DNA from: an uncultured delta proteobacterium
GTDB lineage: Bacteria > Myxococcota > Myxococcia > Myxococcales > Myxococcaceae
Reading direction: 5' to 3'
DNA: 64,000 nt
Assembly (NCBI GenBank): GCA_963771175.1
Contig: CAVYSY010000039.1
Span: forward strand, 320,001 to 384,000
The translations under genes and the position numbers were made by a program. Numbering within the stretch: position 1 is the stretch's first letter; each line of letters opens with the position of its first letter. The notes beneath the pieces were generated by a model. The model did not search any database. It worked only from the letters and a program-made list of their open reading frames with translations, and was not told the DNA's origin. Of this stretch, positions 1 to 11,736 are shown one piece after another.

Positions 1-1029
<1,029 letters not shown>

Positions 1030-1033
1030 GCCC

Positions 1034-1963
1034 ATGAGCCACTACTTCCGTCAGGACTTCCTCACCGTGCCCGATGGGGCGTCGCTCTACTACCAGGTGG
1101 AGGGCGAGGGCGAGCCGGGCATGGTGCTGTGCGACGGGCTGGGCTGCGACGGCTTCGCCTGGAAGTACCTGGCCCCCTACCTGCAGCAGCGCTACCGCGT
1201 GCTGCGCTGGCACTACCGCGGCCACGGCCAGCTCGGGCCTGCCCCGGACAGCGCGAGCGCATCGGCATGCTCTACACCTGCGACGATCTCGACCGGGTGA
1301 TGGACGCCGCGGGCATGGGACAAGGCCGTGCTCTTCGGCCACTCCATGGGCGTGCAGGTGGCGCTCGAGTTCCACCGCCGCTACGCCCACCGCGTGCTGG
1401 GGCTGGTGCTGATCTGCGGCAGCTACGGCAACCCGCTGGACACCTTCCACGACGACAACTGCTCAAGCGCGCTCTTCCCCCTCATCCGGCGCACGGTGGA
1501 GCGCTTCCCGCGGCCCGCCGCCCGGCTCACCCGCACCGGTGCTCAGCACCGAGCTGGCCGTGCAGGTGGCCCTCACCGTGGAGCTGAACCGCGAGCTGCT
1601 GCGCCCAAGACGACATGGTCCCCTACTTCGCGCACCTGGCGCGCATGGACCCGGTGGTCTTCGTGCGCACCCTGGACGTCGCTCGCCAACCACAGCGCGT
1701 GGGATCACCTCCCCGACGTGGACGTGCCCACGCTGGTCATCGCCGGCGAGCGAGGACACGCTTCACCCCCGGCCTGGCTCTCCGCGGCGGATGGCCGGCC
1801 ACATCCCCGGCGCGGAGCTGCATGATGGTGCCCGAGGGCACCCACACCACCCCCCTGGAGCACCGCGAGCTGGTGGAGCTGCGGGTGGAGCGCTTCCTGC
1901 GGGAGACCTGCCGGCCTGTCCCAGCACCCCTCCGGCGCCCACCGGGCCGGCCCCGCGCCCTGA
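1034..1963 (+). CDS. Alpha/beta hydrolase, frameshifted in this assembly; 3' end approximate
   Basis: Fragments in several frames: [20 protein letters not shown], nucleophile elbow [23 protein letters not shown]. Confidence 0.85.
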
Positions 1964-2228
1964 ATGCCGCCTCCCTGGCCTCCGGGAGAGCGGACCCCCT
2001 GGTTCGCCTCCTGGCCTCGGCAACGAAGGGGTGAGGCTCCCGGGAATTCCCCGGAGTAGGCCGAACGCCCGCCCTTCTTTCTTCCAGCCACGTTGCAGGG
2101 GCCGGACCAGGCATATAAGCGCCCGCCCTCCGCGTTCCTGTGAAGTTCACACAGGGTCCCTCGCGGGGCCAGGGCATCTTGCCCATCCACGATATTCCTC
2201 GCCGACTGTAGCGCCGGCAGCCTCGCCC

Positions 2229-4079
2229 ATGATTCCTCGCGAGAACATCCGCAACATCGCCATCGTCGCCCACGTCGACCACGGCAAGACCACCCTCGTC
2301 GACCACATGCTCCGCCAGGCGGGCATCTTCCGCGAGCAACGAAGCCGTCACCGAGCGGGTGATGGACTCGAACGACCTCGAGCGCGAGAAGGGCATCACC
2401 ATTCTCGCGAAGAACACCGCCGTCACGTACAAGGGCAAGCAGATCAACATCATCGACACCCCGGGCCACGCGGACTTCGGCGGCGAGGTGGAGCGCGGCC
2501 TGCGCCTGGTGGACGGCGTCCTCCTGCTGGTGGACGCGGCCGAGGGCCCCCTGCCCCAGACGCGCTTCGTGCTCAGCAAGGCGCTGGGCATGGGCCTGAA
2601 GACGGTGCTCGTGATCAACAAGATCGACCGCCAGGACGCGCGCCCCAACGAGGTGCTGGACCAGGTCTACTCGCTCTTCATCGACCTGGGCGCGGACGAC
2701 GCGCAGCTCGAGTTCCCGGTGCTCTACACGGTCGCCCGCCAGGGCCAGGCTCGCCCTCGCCTGGAGGAGCCGGGCAAGAGCCTGGAGCCCCTCTTCGACG
2801 CGATCCTCACGCACATCCCGCCCCCGCCGGCGCCGACCCAGGAGCCGCTGCAGCTGCTGGTCGCCAACCTGGACTACGACGACTACGTGGGCCGCCTCGC
2901 GGTCGGCCGCGTCCAGGCCGGCCGGCTCACGGCCAACATGCCCGTGGCGGTCGATGCGCGAGGGCGGCAAGGTGGAGCAGGGCAAGATCGTCAAGCTCTA
3001 CGGCTTCCAGGGCCTCAAGCGCACGGAGATCGCGGACGCCGGCCCCGGGCGAGATCGTCTCCATCGCCGGCATCGAGGACATCTCCATCGGCGACACCAT
3101 CACCGACGTGGAGAAGCCCGTGGCCCTGCCGCGCATCACCGTGGACGAGCCCACGATGATGATGATCTTCCGGGTCAACGACGGGCCGCTCGCGGGCAAG
3201 GAGGGCAAGTACGTCACCAGCCGCAACCTGCGCGAGCGGCTGTACCGCGAGGCCTACCGCAACGTGTCCATCCGCGTGGAGGACACCGAGACGCCGGACG
3301 CCTTCCGCGTGGTGGGCCGCGGCGAGCTCGCAGCTGGCGGTCATCATCGAGACCATGCGCCGCGAGGGCTACGAGCTGACGGCCTCCAACCCCGAGCCGG
3401 TGACGAAGACGATCGACGGCGTGCTGCACGAGCCGATGGAGCTGATCGTGTGCGACGTGCCCGAGACGTAGCGTGGGCGTGGTGACGGAGCGCCTGGGGC
3501 CCCGCAAGGGCCGCATGATGGACATGGGGCAGCTGGGCGGCGGGCGCACCCGCCTCCAGTTCCGCATCCCGGCGCGCGGCCTCATCGGCTTCCGCACCGA
3601 GTTCCTCACCATCACCCGCGGTGAGGGCATCATGAGCAGCCAGTTCGACGGCTACGAGCCGTGGTTCGGGCACATCCCCAAGCGCGCCAACGGCGCCATC
3701 GTCGTCCGACCGCCTCGGCGAGACCGTGCCCTACGCCCTCTTCAGCATCCAGGAGCGCGGCGCAGCTCTTCGTGGGCGCCAGGCGTCACCATCTACGAGG
3801 GCATGATCATCGGCGAGCACGCGCACCCCTCGGACCTCGAACGTCAACGCGTGCCGCGAGAAGAAGCTCACCAACATCCGCGCCGCGGGCCGCGACGAGA
3901 ACGTCATCCTCACCCCGCCGCGCGAGATGGGCCTGGAGAAGGCGCTGGAGTGGATCGCCGACGACGAGCTGGTCGAGGTGACGCCCAAGTCGATTCGCAT
4001 GCGCAAGAAGGCGCTGAGCTCGAACGAGCGCTACCGCGCCGAGCGCGACCGCAAGCGCGAGGAGCGCGGCGAGGCGTAA
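2229..4079 (+). CDS. typA: Translational GTPase TypA/BipA (multiple frameshifts)
   Basis: [94 protein letters not shown] at 4077-4079. Confidence 0.97.
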
Positions 4080-4082
4080 CAA

Positions 4083-4133
4083 CCTCCCCTCTCCCCACCG
4101 GGAAGAGGATCAGAGAGGGCCGGGGTGAGGGTC
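4083..4133. repeat. Myxobacterial REP-like palindromic element
   Basis: CCCCTCTCCCC...GAGAGGGCCGGGGTGAGGGT right after the typA stop. A related copy lies in opposite orientation at 7932-7968. Confidence 0.6.
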
Positions 4134-4157
4134 TACGGACCCCCACCCACGGCCCTT

Positions 4158-5729
4158 TCAGCGTTGGGAGACCCCCTTCCGCCGCATGGCCTCCTTCCAC
4201 AGTTCGGGGGTCCACCCGTCGCGCGCCATGAGCTCGCGGCGCTCGGTGGGGACGTCCTTCCAGGCGAGGCCCTGGTCCAGCTCGGGCAGCGGACCGTAGA
4301 GCGTCCCGGGTTGGGTCGAAGCGACGTCCTGCGCGCGCTCACGCCGCATCCCCTGCATGCCGACGCCGACCTCCGCCTTCACCTCCCCCTCCTTGCCAAG
4401 CTTCCGCCCGAAGCCCACGCCTCCCCCATACGAGCCCTGCTTCTGGTTGACCTCGGTGTAGCTCCCGAAGCCGCCCCCCGCTGGCAGCTCCATGCGCACG
4501 CCCCCCTCTGAATCGGCGCTGATCCCCACCGTCATCGGGTCCTTCCCCTCCAGCGCGTGCGGAGCGTACTCCAGCCCCACTGTCGACTTGGGCTCTCCTG
4601 ACTCCGAGTGCTCGGCGCCAATCTTGGCGCCATTGATTACCTTCTCCGCGCCCCCCTTCGGAGCCCAGCTCGCCCGGCCGTCCTGGGTGACGAGTGCCTC
4701 CACACCGCCCTTGATGTTCATGATGTTGATGTCCATGACCGAGAGCTCGGCTTTGAGCTCCGCCGCGGCCTTGAACCAGAACGAGCCGGGCCGCATCCGA
4801 CCACTGAGATCCGCCATGCGGTGGGCCACCGCCTCGTAGGCGTCATCTCGCGTGTCATTGCCGTCCACACTGCTCCAGCTCGCACGGAAACGGTCGTAGT
4901 CCGGGTGCGGATAGACCAGACCGTCACTGACCTTGAAAGGCGCAACGGGCTCTCCCATCGCGCGGATGTCGAGCAGGCTCTTCGCCTGCATGACCTGCTC
5001 GGAGTACCGCTTCACGTAGGCGTCATGAGCGTCGTGGTAGGTTCTCTTGGCCAGCCGGTTCGACTCGTGGACGCTCTCCCGGACACTCGAGGGCAGATTC
5101 GCATCGTTCTTGTAGATGGTCGGGACATCCGGCGGCTGACACGGCGCGAACGGCGCCTTCTTCTCGGGCTCACGGGTTACGCAGCCCTTGCGCTCGGCCT
5201 GGGCCAGGAACTCCTTCCGCTGCTCCGGGCCCATCTTCTCCAGGTCCAGGTACTTCCCGAGCAGCCGGTCCCGCTCCATCCGCTCCAGCATCTGGCGGTA
5301 GTCGGCCGGCGACAGCTTCTCGAGCTGCTCGTGCACCCGACGCCTGTCCGCGTCCGTGATGGACCAGTCCTTCCAGTCCGTGTGCAGGCTGGCCTTGATG
5401 TCCGCGTAGGCCGCCTCGGTCCGGGCCGCATCCGCCATCCGTGCCCCGCCGAGCGCGAGCTGGCCCGCCGTCAGCCCTCCCCCCTCCCCCGTCCCCGCCG
5501 GTGGCGTGCCCGACGCCTGGGACCGCGAGGGCTCCACCGGTCCCCGGTAGGTCTCGACCTGGTTGTTCCCGGCTCCACTCGCCGGGGTCTCCTGCTTTCC
5601 CGAGCTCCTGCCCGTCCGCGTCGACGTGCTCGCTGCCACCTGGGAAGACGCGCCGTCGGACTCCGGGTGGGGGACCGGGAGGTCCATGGATGCCTGGGGA
5701 TGGGACTCGCGCCGCGATACCGAACTCAT
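4158..5729 (-). CDS. Hypothetical protein, 523 aa
   Basis: Uninterrupted ORF with GGAG RBS. Low-complexity N-terminus, helical middle, Gly-rich beta-like C-terminal region. No recognisable family motif. Confidence 0.8.
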   Translation of the reverse strand: MSSVSRRESHPQASMDLPVPHPESDGASSQVAASTSTRTGRSSGKQETPASGAGNNQVETYRGPVEPSRSQASGTPPAGTGEGGGLTAGQLALGGARMADAARTEAAYADIKASLHTDWKDWSITDADRRRVHEQLEKLSPADYRQMLERMERDRLLGKYLDLEKMGPEQRKEFLAQAERKGCVTREPEKKAPFAPCQPPDVPTIYKNDANLPSSVRESVHESNRLAKRTYHDAHDAYVKRYSEQVMQAKSLLDIRAMGEPVAPFKVSDGLVYPHPDYDRFRASWSSVDGNDTRDDAYEAVAHRMADLSGRMRPGSFWFKAAAELKAELSVMDINIMNIKGGVEALVTQDGRASWAPKGGAEKVINGAKIGAEHSESGEPKSTVGLEYAPHALEGKDPMTVGISADSEGGVRMELPAGGGFGSYTEVNQKQGSYGGGVGFGRKLGKEGEVKAEVGVGMQGMRRERAQDVASTQPGTLYGPLPELDQGLAWKDVPTERRELMARDGWTPELWKEAMRRKGVSQR

Positions 5730-6022
5730 TTCCGCCTCCGAGAGGGTGGGTTGCGCGAGCCCTGTGCAACGTCGGCTCCAACGCCTCTTCCCTCGGAGAA
5801 GCCGCCTCCGATGCCCGGGGATCCGTCCTCCTCCGAGGACGAACGTCTCGCCGGGCGGACATCCACGTACAGGAGGCTCCTCGTGGAGGAATCGTCCAGG
5901 GCAAGACCCTCCCCGGGAGCACGCCCCTAGACCATCTACCTCCCGGGAGTCGCACTCTGTTAGAAGATGAGTCTCGGTATCCCCGTGACCGCGAGCACGA
6001 GGCCAACCCGAGAGGGGACATC

Positions 6023-7321
6023 GTGGACGACGCCTGGATCAACTGCCCCCACTGTGGCCTCAAGCACCGGCCGAGAGCCGTGAGCCTCTGCCCCCGCTGT
6101 GGTCGGACCACGAGCACGAGCACGACCCGCGCCTCGGCCACGGCCATCCCGACCGTCCCCGCAGCCCGCCCCGCCGCCACGCTCATCCCGAGAGCCCCCA
6201 CCCCCCGCCCCGTTCCCGCCAGCATCTCGGTGCCTCCCCCTCCCGAGCTGCCCCAGGATCGCGTGCCGACCGTGGAGGTGGACTACATCACCCTCGACTC
6301 CCTGGAGGATCCCGTCCCGGTCCGGCGCGTCGTCGTCCCCTCCGACGAGCCCGAGCCCCAGACGCAGGCCGCGGCATCCAACGCGAACGTGCTCCCGCTC
6401 GCCGGCGGCATCCTGCTGGTGAACGCGGTGCTGCACCTGTTCGAGTTCCTGTTCCTCCCCTCGGTGTCGACGGAGCCCTCGCTCCGGGCGGCCCAGCTCG
6501 CGGGCACGCTCATCGGTGTGGGCATCGATTCGATGCTCGGCGTCAGCTTCCTCCGGGGAAGGAGCCACTACCGCACCTTCGCCTTCATCCGGCTGCTCGT
6601 CGGGCTGTTCCTGTTCGGAGGAATGAGCTTCTATCAGGCGCAGTACCTCTTCACGCTCGTGGTGCTCGCCTTCTCCGTCGGCGTCCTGGTGCTGGTATGG
6701 ACCCGGCCTTCAGCCTTCATGGCCGGCGTCGCCCTGACGTCCGTGATCCTCGGCGTGGGCGTCGAGGTCATCGGGTTCGTCCGGCTCTCCGCCACCCAAC
6801 CCCTGCTGGAGCGGGCGCGGATCGCACTGCGGCCCGATCTCGAGGGAACCCCGCTCCGCGACGCTGACACCATCGTCGGCGACCGGCGATCCTACAAGCT
6901 GCACGTCCCCTCCGAGGGCTGGTACCGCCGCAAGGTGGAATCCGTCCGCGGCGCGGATTCCAGCATCGACATGTGGCTGTCCCAGCCCGATCTGAACGGG
7001 CACCTCGTGGTGTCCATCCGGAGCTGGGCGGAGTCGAAAGCGACGACCCTGCGCGAGGCCCGGGACGGCGCGCTCCAGAGCATGAAGGCGCAGTACCCCG
7101 GCTTCCTCGTGGCCGACACCTCCGACGACGGCATCGGCCCCAGGGCACCCACCGTGGCCTCCCTCTCGGGGAGCGCGGACAAGGACGGCAAGCCGTACCG
7201 CTTCGAGGTGTCGATCTACCGGGTGGGCGGCACGCTCCTGCAGGTGACGGCCTTCGCCCCCTCGAAGACCTTCGACACGCTCAACCTGCACGGAGCGACC
7301 ACGGCGTTCCAGCCGGAGTAG
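6023..7321 (+). CDS. Zinc-ribbon / Pro-rich linker / multi-TM membrane protein with C-terminal extracytoplasmic domain
   Basis: GTG after GAGGGG. CPHCG...CPRCG, Pro-rich linker, about five hydrophobic segments, then a soluble C-terminal domain. Confidence 0.75.
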   Translation: MDDAWINCPHCGLKHRPRAVSLCPRCGRTTSTSTTRASATAIPTVPAARPAATLIPRAPTPRPVPASISVPPPPELPQDRVPTVEVDYITLDSLEDPVPVRRVVVPSDEPEPQTQAAASNANVLPLAGGILLVNAVLHLFEFLFLPSVSTEPSLRAAQLAGTLIGVGIDSMLGVSFLRGRSHYRTFAFIRLLVGLFLFGGMSFYQAQYLFTLVVLAFSVGVLVLVWTRPSAFMAGVALTSVILGVGVEVIGFVRLSATQPLLERARIALRPDLEGTPLRDADTIVGDRRSYKLHVPSEGWYRRKVESVRGADSSIDMWLSQPDLNGHLVVSIRSWAESKATTLREARDGALQSMKAQYPGFLVADTSDDGIGPRAPTVASLSGSADKDGKPYRFEVSIYRVGGTLLQVTAFAPSKTFDTLNLHGATTAFQPE

Positions 7322-7327
7322 CGCGGC

Positions 7328-7924
7328 TCAGAACGTGTACTTCACCCGCGGGAAGAAGGCGAAGGTCGGGATGCTCGGCCCGATGATGTAGCGGGCCATG
7401 AGGTCCGCCCCCACCGAGAAGTGATCCATCGGCGTCGCGTACTCCAGGCCGATGCCCACCCCCGCGTTGGGCGCCGTCATCGACATGCCCGGATCGCCCT
7501 CGCCCACCGGGGCCGGATCCAACCGCGTGAGGCCCGCCGCCACCTTCGGCATCAGGTAGAAGCGCTCGGCCAGCGGCACCATGTACGCCGCCGTCACGTC
7601 CCCGAAGGCCACCGTGAAGTTGTCGGACATGCTGCACACGTTCGTACCCGGCAGGTACCCGGCGAAGCAGTTCGCCGCCGAGGAGCCCAGTCCGAAATGG
7701 ACGCCCAGGGAGACCTTGTCCGTCAGGTCGTATCCCACGCCGAGCTGCAGGTACGTCTGCGCGTTCGAGTAGACGCTCTCCCCGCCCAGGGTGAAGAACG
7801 CCCCGATGTCGGCCTCGGTGAAGAAGCCGCGGCGGACCTCCAGCGGGACACCTTCTGGAGGTGTGGCCGCCAGGGCGGCGGTGGGCAGCGACGCGAGCAC
7901 GGCGACCAGCAGCGGCTTCTTCAT
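7328..7924 (-). CDS. nfsH: NfsH (GltH/CglE family) outer-membrane beta-barrel protein
   Basis: Signal peptide MKKPLL...AALAA, RRGFFTEADIGAFFTLGG, terminal YTF barrel signature. Last gene of the eight-gene cluster. Confidence 0.85.
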   Translation of the reverse strand: MKKPLLVAVLASLPTAALAATPPEGVPLEVRRGFFTEADIGAFFTLGGESVYSNAQTYLQLGVGYDLTDKVSLGVHFGLGSSAANCFAGYLPGTNVCSMSDNFTVAFGDVTAAYMVPLAERFYLMPKVAAGLTRLDPAPVGEGDPGMSMTAPNAGVGIGLEYATPMDHFSVGADLMARYIIGPSIPTFAFFPRVKYTF

Positions 7925-7931
7925 CGGGACG

Positions 7932-7968
7932 ACCCTCACCCTGCCCCCCTCTCTCGAGAGAGAGGGGC
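7932..7968. repeat. Myxobacterial REP-like palindromic element
   Basis: ACCCTCACCCTGCCCCCCTCTCTCGAGAGAGAGGGG between nfsG and nfsH, forming a hairpin. Confidence 0.55.
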
Positions 7969-8000
7969 TCTGCACGTTGAAGCTTCAGAGACGCGAGCGA

Positions 8001-9836
8001 CTACTCACCCGCCGGAGAGAAGAGCCACGGATACGTCACCGCCACCACACCGCCCCCCTTGGGCTCGGGGAACTTCCAGCGGCGGATGCGCGCGAGCATG
8101 CAGTTCTCCGCCGTGGAGTTGTTCAGCGTGGTCTCCGTCACGTTCGCCTCCGACACCGCTCCCGTCGGATCAATCGTGAAGGCCACCGCCACCTTGCCCG
8201 CGAGGTTCGGGTTCTTGTTCAGCTCGGTCTCGTAGCAGTATTTGATCTCGTTCTGGTGGCTGCGGATGATCTTGGCGATCACGTCCTTGTCGAGGCCGCC
8301 GATCACCGTCGTCTTGCCGGGGACGATCTTCGTGATCGTCTTGCCGCGGCCCGTCAGGTCGATGCCGCCGTTATCACCCGCGCCCCGGCCATTGCCCTTG
8401 GTGCCGAGACCCCCCAGGCCCAGCGCGGTACCGCCACCCCCGGTGCCGTTGCCACGCGAGCCGAGTCCGCCCACGCCCTGCGCATCCCCGAGCCCCGCGC
8501 CGGCCTTGAGGCCACCCAGCGCGTTGTTGACGCCCGTGCCGACGCCACCCGGACCGAAGACGTCCGAGGCCCCGCCCTTCAGTCCCTTGAAGGCACCGAG
8601 GAGACCCACCCTCCCCACCACCTGGCGGTCCTTCTCGCGCTTGGACTTGTCGACGACGGAAGTGCCCGGCTTGGAGGGATCGGCCTCGGCCTTCTTGGCC
8701 TCCTCCTTGCCGAACTTGCCCTCCTCGTCCTTGGCCTTCGCGCCTTCCTCCACGCCCTTCAGGTGGAAGCGCTTCAGGTCGATGGGCTTCTGCGGCTGCA
8801 CCAGGAACTTCGCCACCCGCTGCTGGTTCTGGAAGATGTCATCCTCGGACTGCGCCTGGCGCGGAGTGAGCAGCATGGAAGCCACCACCGCACCCGCCGC
8901 CAGCAGGCTGACGCTGATGATCTTGAACCAGGTGTAGTCCACCTCGGTGAGCGGGTTCACCGCCACGGCTGGCGACGGCCGCACGTAGCGCACCACGAAC
9001 GTGAGCGTCCCGAGCGACACCTCCGCCCGCTCGTGCAGGCCGAGCGTGTACGCGTGCTCCCGGCCCGAGGCCGTCAGCTTCCCCTCCGAGCGCAGCGCGT
9101 CCTTCGTCCGCACATCCCCGTTGCGGGTGACGATGACGCCCGCGCTCTCGGGGACGCGCAGCTCGATCAGCTCGCCGCGCCCCACCGCCAGCACGTGACT
9201 CGCCCCCACCTCGGACTCGAAGACGTGGAAGAAGTTCTTCTTCCCCTCTCCGACGGTGACCGGCACCCCGTCCCGGAAATGCCGCACCGCCAGCAGTTGG
9301 TCGCCCCAGAGCAACTGCACCTGGAGGACCTTCGCCTCCTTCGTGGGCAGCGCCTCGGGAGGCAGCGGCTCCTGCATGTACGCCGGAACCGCCGGCCGCG
9401 GCTTCCTCCTCGCCTGAGGCACCACGCGGTTGCCCGCCACCGTCACGGGCCGGTGCAGCACCGAGCCCTGTAGCGCCGCCCCGTTCACCTCCGCACCCGC
9501 GGGCGGTGGAGGCACTTCCGACTCTCCGAAGAACACCTCCACCCGCGAGCCACCCACCATCAGCACGTCACCCGGCGCGAGCGTCCGCGGGCCCACCACC
9601 CGCTGCCCACCCACCTGCGTGCCACTCTCGCTGCCCAGGTCGATGGCCGTCACCGAGCCGCTGGACTCCACCTTCAACATCACATGAAGGTTGGAGACCC
9701 TCGGGTCCGGAATCTTCACCGCCGCCTGTGCGCCCGACCCCACGATGACGCTCTCGGCTTCGGACACGGACTCCTGCACAGTGCCGTCCGGCCCGGTGAT
9801 CCGCAGCGTCAACCCGTTCTTCTTCCCCGCCGCCAT
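8001..9836 (-). CDS. nfsG: NfsG (GltG family): FHA domain, TM, Gly-rich linker, TonB-C/AgmX-PglI C-terminal domain
   Basis: FHA (VGSG...VSNLH...DLGSESGT), single TM, Gly-rich tract, CYETEL...CMLARIRRWKFPEPKGGGVVAVTYPWLF. Confidence 0.9.
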   Translation of the reverse strand: MAAGKKNGLTLRITGPDGTVQESVSEAESVIVGSGAQAAVKIPDPRVSNLHVMLKVESSGSVTAIDLGSESGTQVGGQRVVGPRTLAPGDVLMVGGSRVEVFFGESEVPPPPAGAEVNGAALQGSVLHRPVTVAGNRVVPQARRKPRPAVPAYMQEPLPPEALPTKEAKVLQVQLLWGDQLLAVRHFRDGVPVTVGEGKKNFFHVFESEVGASHVLAVGRGELIELRVPESAGVIVTRNGDVRTKDALRSEGKLTASGREHAYTLGLHERAEVSLGTLTFVVRYVRPSPAVAVNPLTEVDYTWFKIISVSLLAAGAVVASMLLTPRQAQSEDDIFQNQQRVAKFLVQPQKPIDLKRFHLKGVEEGAKAKDEEGKFGKEEAKKAEADPSKPGTSVVDKSKREKDRQVVGRVGLLGAFKGLKGGASDVFGPGGVGTGVNNALGGLKAGAGLGDAQGVGGLGSRGNGTGGGGTALGLGGLGTKGNGRGAGDNGGIDLTGRGKTITKIVPGKTTVIGGLDKDVIAKIIRSHQNEIKYCYETELNKNPNLAGKVAVAFTIDPTGAVSEANVTETTLNNSTAENCMLARIRRWKFPEPKGGGVVAVTYPWLFSPAGE

Positions 9837-9877
9837 AGAGGATCCTTCCTCCTCCCTTCCGTCCCACGCCCACCCGC

Positions 9878-10156
9878 TTAGAGGTTGTCGACCGACTTCT
9901 GCAGCTCGGGATTGAAGTTGTCGCGGACCCGGATGAGGCTCTGGAAGTCCGTCTTCTTCCGGTTGAGGACGTACGAGCCTTCCGGCTTCGTGAGCTCGCC
10001 CTCCACCGCCATGTCGGTGAAGTCGATGTTCGTCTTCTTCCGGACGACGACGCGGTCCTCCTCCTGGATGACCTTCACCTCCGTCTTCGTCTCCTCGGCG
10101 ACCGCCGGCCCCGCCCACAACGCCACCACCGCCACTGCCGCTGCCAGTCGTCTCAT
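9878..10156 (-). CDS. nfsF: NfsF (GltF/CglF family) small exported protein
   Basis: Signal peptide, then KKTNIDFTDMAVEGELTKPEGSY...FQSLIRVRDNFNPELQKSVDNL, typical of GltF/CglF. Confidence 0.9.
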   Translation of the reverse strand: MRRLAAAVAVVALWAGPAVAEETKTEVKVIQEEDRVVVRKKTNIDFTDMAVEGELTKPEGSYVLNRKKTDFQSLIRVRDNFNPELQKSVDNL

Positions 10157-10339
10157 GTCAGGCCTCCTCTTCCCGTCGGGTGAGACAGCGGGCCTCAGGT
10201 GAGGTTTCCCCCAGCTCCCTTGCACGCCCTGCACCAACGTCCCGGGTAATGGAATCCCGCGAAATCCCAAGGGTGCTCTCGCGTCACCAGCACCCGAGGC
10301 CCCAGAGAGAGGAAAAATCTTCCCTCCGCGGCCAGTAGC

Positions 10340-11736
10340 TTATTCGGTGCGCGGGGCTCCAGACGGAGGCTCGGCCGCAGGCCCGCTCTCAACTTTCGAG
10401 GAGTCCGCGGGCACGCCCTCCTGCTGCGCCGCCTCGTCGGACACCTTCTCCAGCATCGAGCCACTGCCGCCCACGCCGGTCGGCGCCTTCTTCTCCTCGG
10501 GCGCGGCCTCGGGCTGGGCCTGCGCGTTCTTGCGCATGGCCTCGAGGCCCTGGAGCTTCGCTTCGATCATCTGCTTGTCCTGCGCGCTCGTGGTGCCCAG
10601 GTCCTTGCAGCGCTGGAGGAAGCCCACGGCCTTGTCCCAGCCGGTGCGCTCGATGGCATAGGCCCAGCCCGCGCCACAGAGGGCCTCGGGCTGCTCCGCG
10701 CGCATCGTGAGCACCTTCTCGAAGGCCTCGCCCGCCTTGAGCCCCTTCTGGGGATCGCGGCCCTTCTGCCCGTCCAGCGCATAGGCGTAGTAGAGCCACG
10801 AGTCGGGCGAGCCGGGCTCCAGCTCCACGGCCTTGGCGAAGGAGCGCTCGGCGCCGGCGTAGTCGCGCCAGGCCAGCGCCATGGCCCCGAGGTTGAGGTA
10901 GCCGGGGGCGAAGCGCTCGTCGAGCGAGACAGCCTTCTGGAACTGGGCGATCGCGCGGTCGCGCTCCTCCAGCTTCAGGTAGATCATCCCCAGGTTGTTG
11001 TAGATGCCCGGGTCCTTCTCATCGAGCTTGCGCGCGTTGGCGAGCACCAGCTCGGCGAGCCGGTACTTCCCCTGGTCGTAGTAGACGAGCGCGAGGTTCT
11101 TGTACGCCGCGGCATCGTCCGGGTGGCGCGCGAGCACGCGGCGAGCGGTGGCCTCGGCCCGCTCGTGCTTGCCCGCCAGCCGGTAGGCCACGGTGAGGTT
11201 GTTGAGCAGCGAGGCCTCGTGCTCGCGGCCCGGCGCCTTCAGCCCGGCCTCGTAGAGAGCGATGGCCTCCGCGTACTTCTCCTGCACACGGTAGAGCCGG
11301 CCCAGGTTGAGCAGCGTGGGCACATGCCCCGGATCGAGGGAGCGCACCTTCTCGTAGGCGGCCTGCGCGTCCGTGGGTCGTCCCTGACGCTCGGCGATGA
11401 CGCCCAGGTTGAACTGGGCATTGAGGCTCCGCGGTGCCTTCTCCACCACCTTCCGGAAGCCCTCCTCCGCCTTGGCGTAGTCGCTGGCCTCGAAGGCGAC
11501 GACGGCCTGGGCGAAGAGTTCCCGCGTGGCCGGCTCCTTCGGCGACTCGGGAGCGGGCTGGGGAGCCGGAACCGGAGCGGATGCGCCGCGACCGGGGCCT
11601 CGGCGGCCGCGGGCTTCACCTGCGAGGTCGTGGCGCACGCGGCGGTGAGCGACAGCGAGGCGGTGGCGAGAGTGCGACGGAACGCCATGAACGTCCTTCT
11701 CGCGGAAGCCATCGGGTGCATGTGTGAGACCTTCAC
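10340..11736 (-). CDS. nfsE: NfsE (GltE/AglT family) TPR lipoprotein; one frameshift near 11580
   Basis: GTG overlaps the nfsD stop (GTGA). Lipobox LTAAC followed by many TPR repeats (FNLGVIAE, LNLGRLY, YNNLGMIY). Confidence 0.85.

Noticed and set aside
2229..4079. Programmed frameshifting or stop read-through in typA, rplC or selA
   Set aside because: Many scattered indels per gene without slippery sites, clustered regionally; best explained as sequencing error.
5441..6022. Long N-terminal extensions given by the ORF track (also for nfsG, nfsA, SLT and lnt)
   Set aside because: They overlap neighbouring genes or promoters; downstream starts have an RBS or signal peptide.
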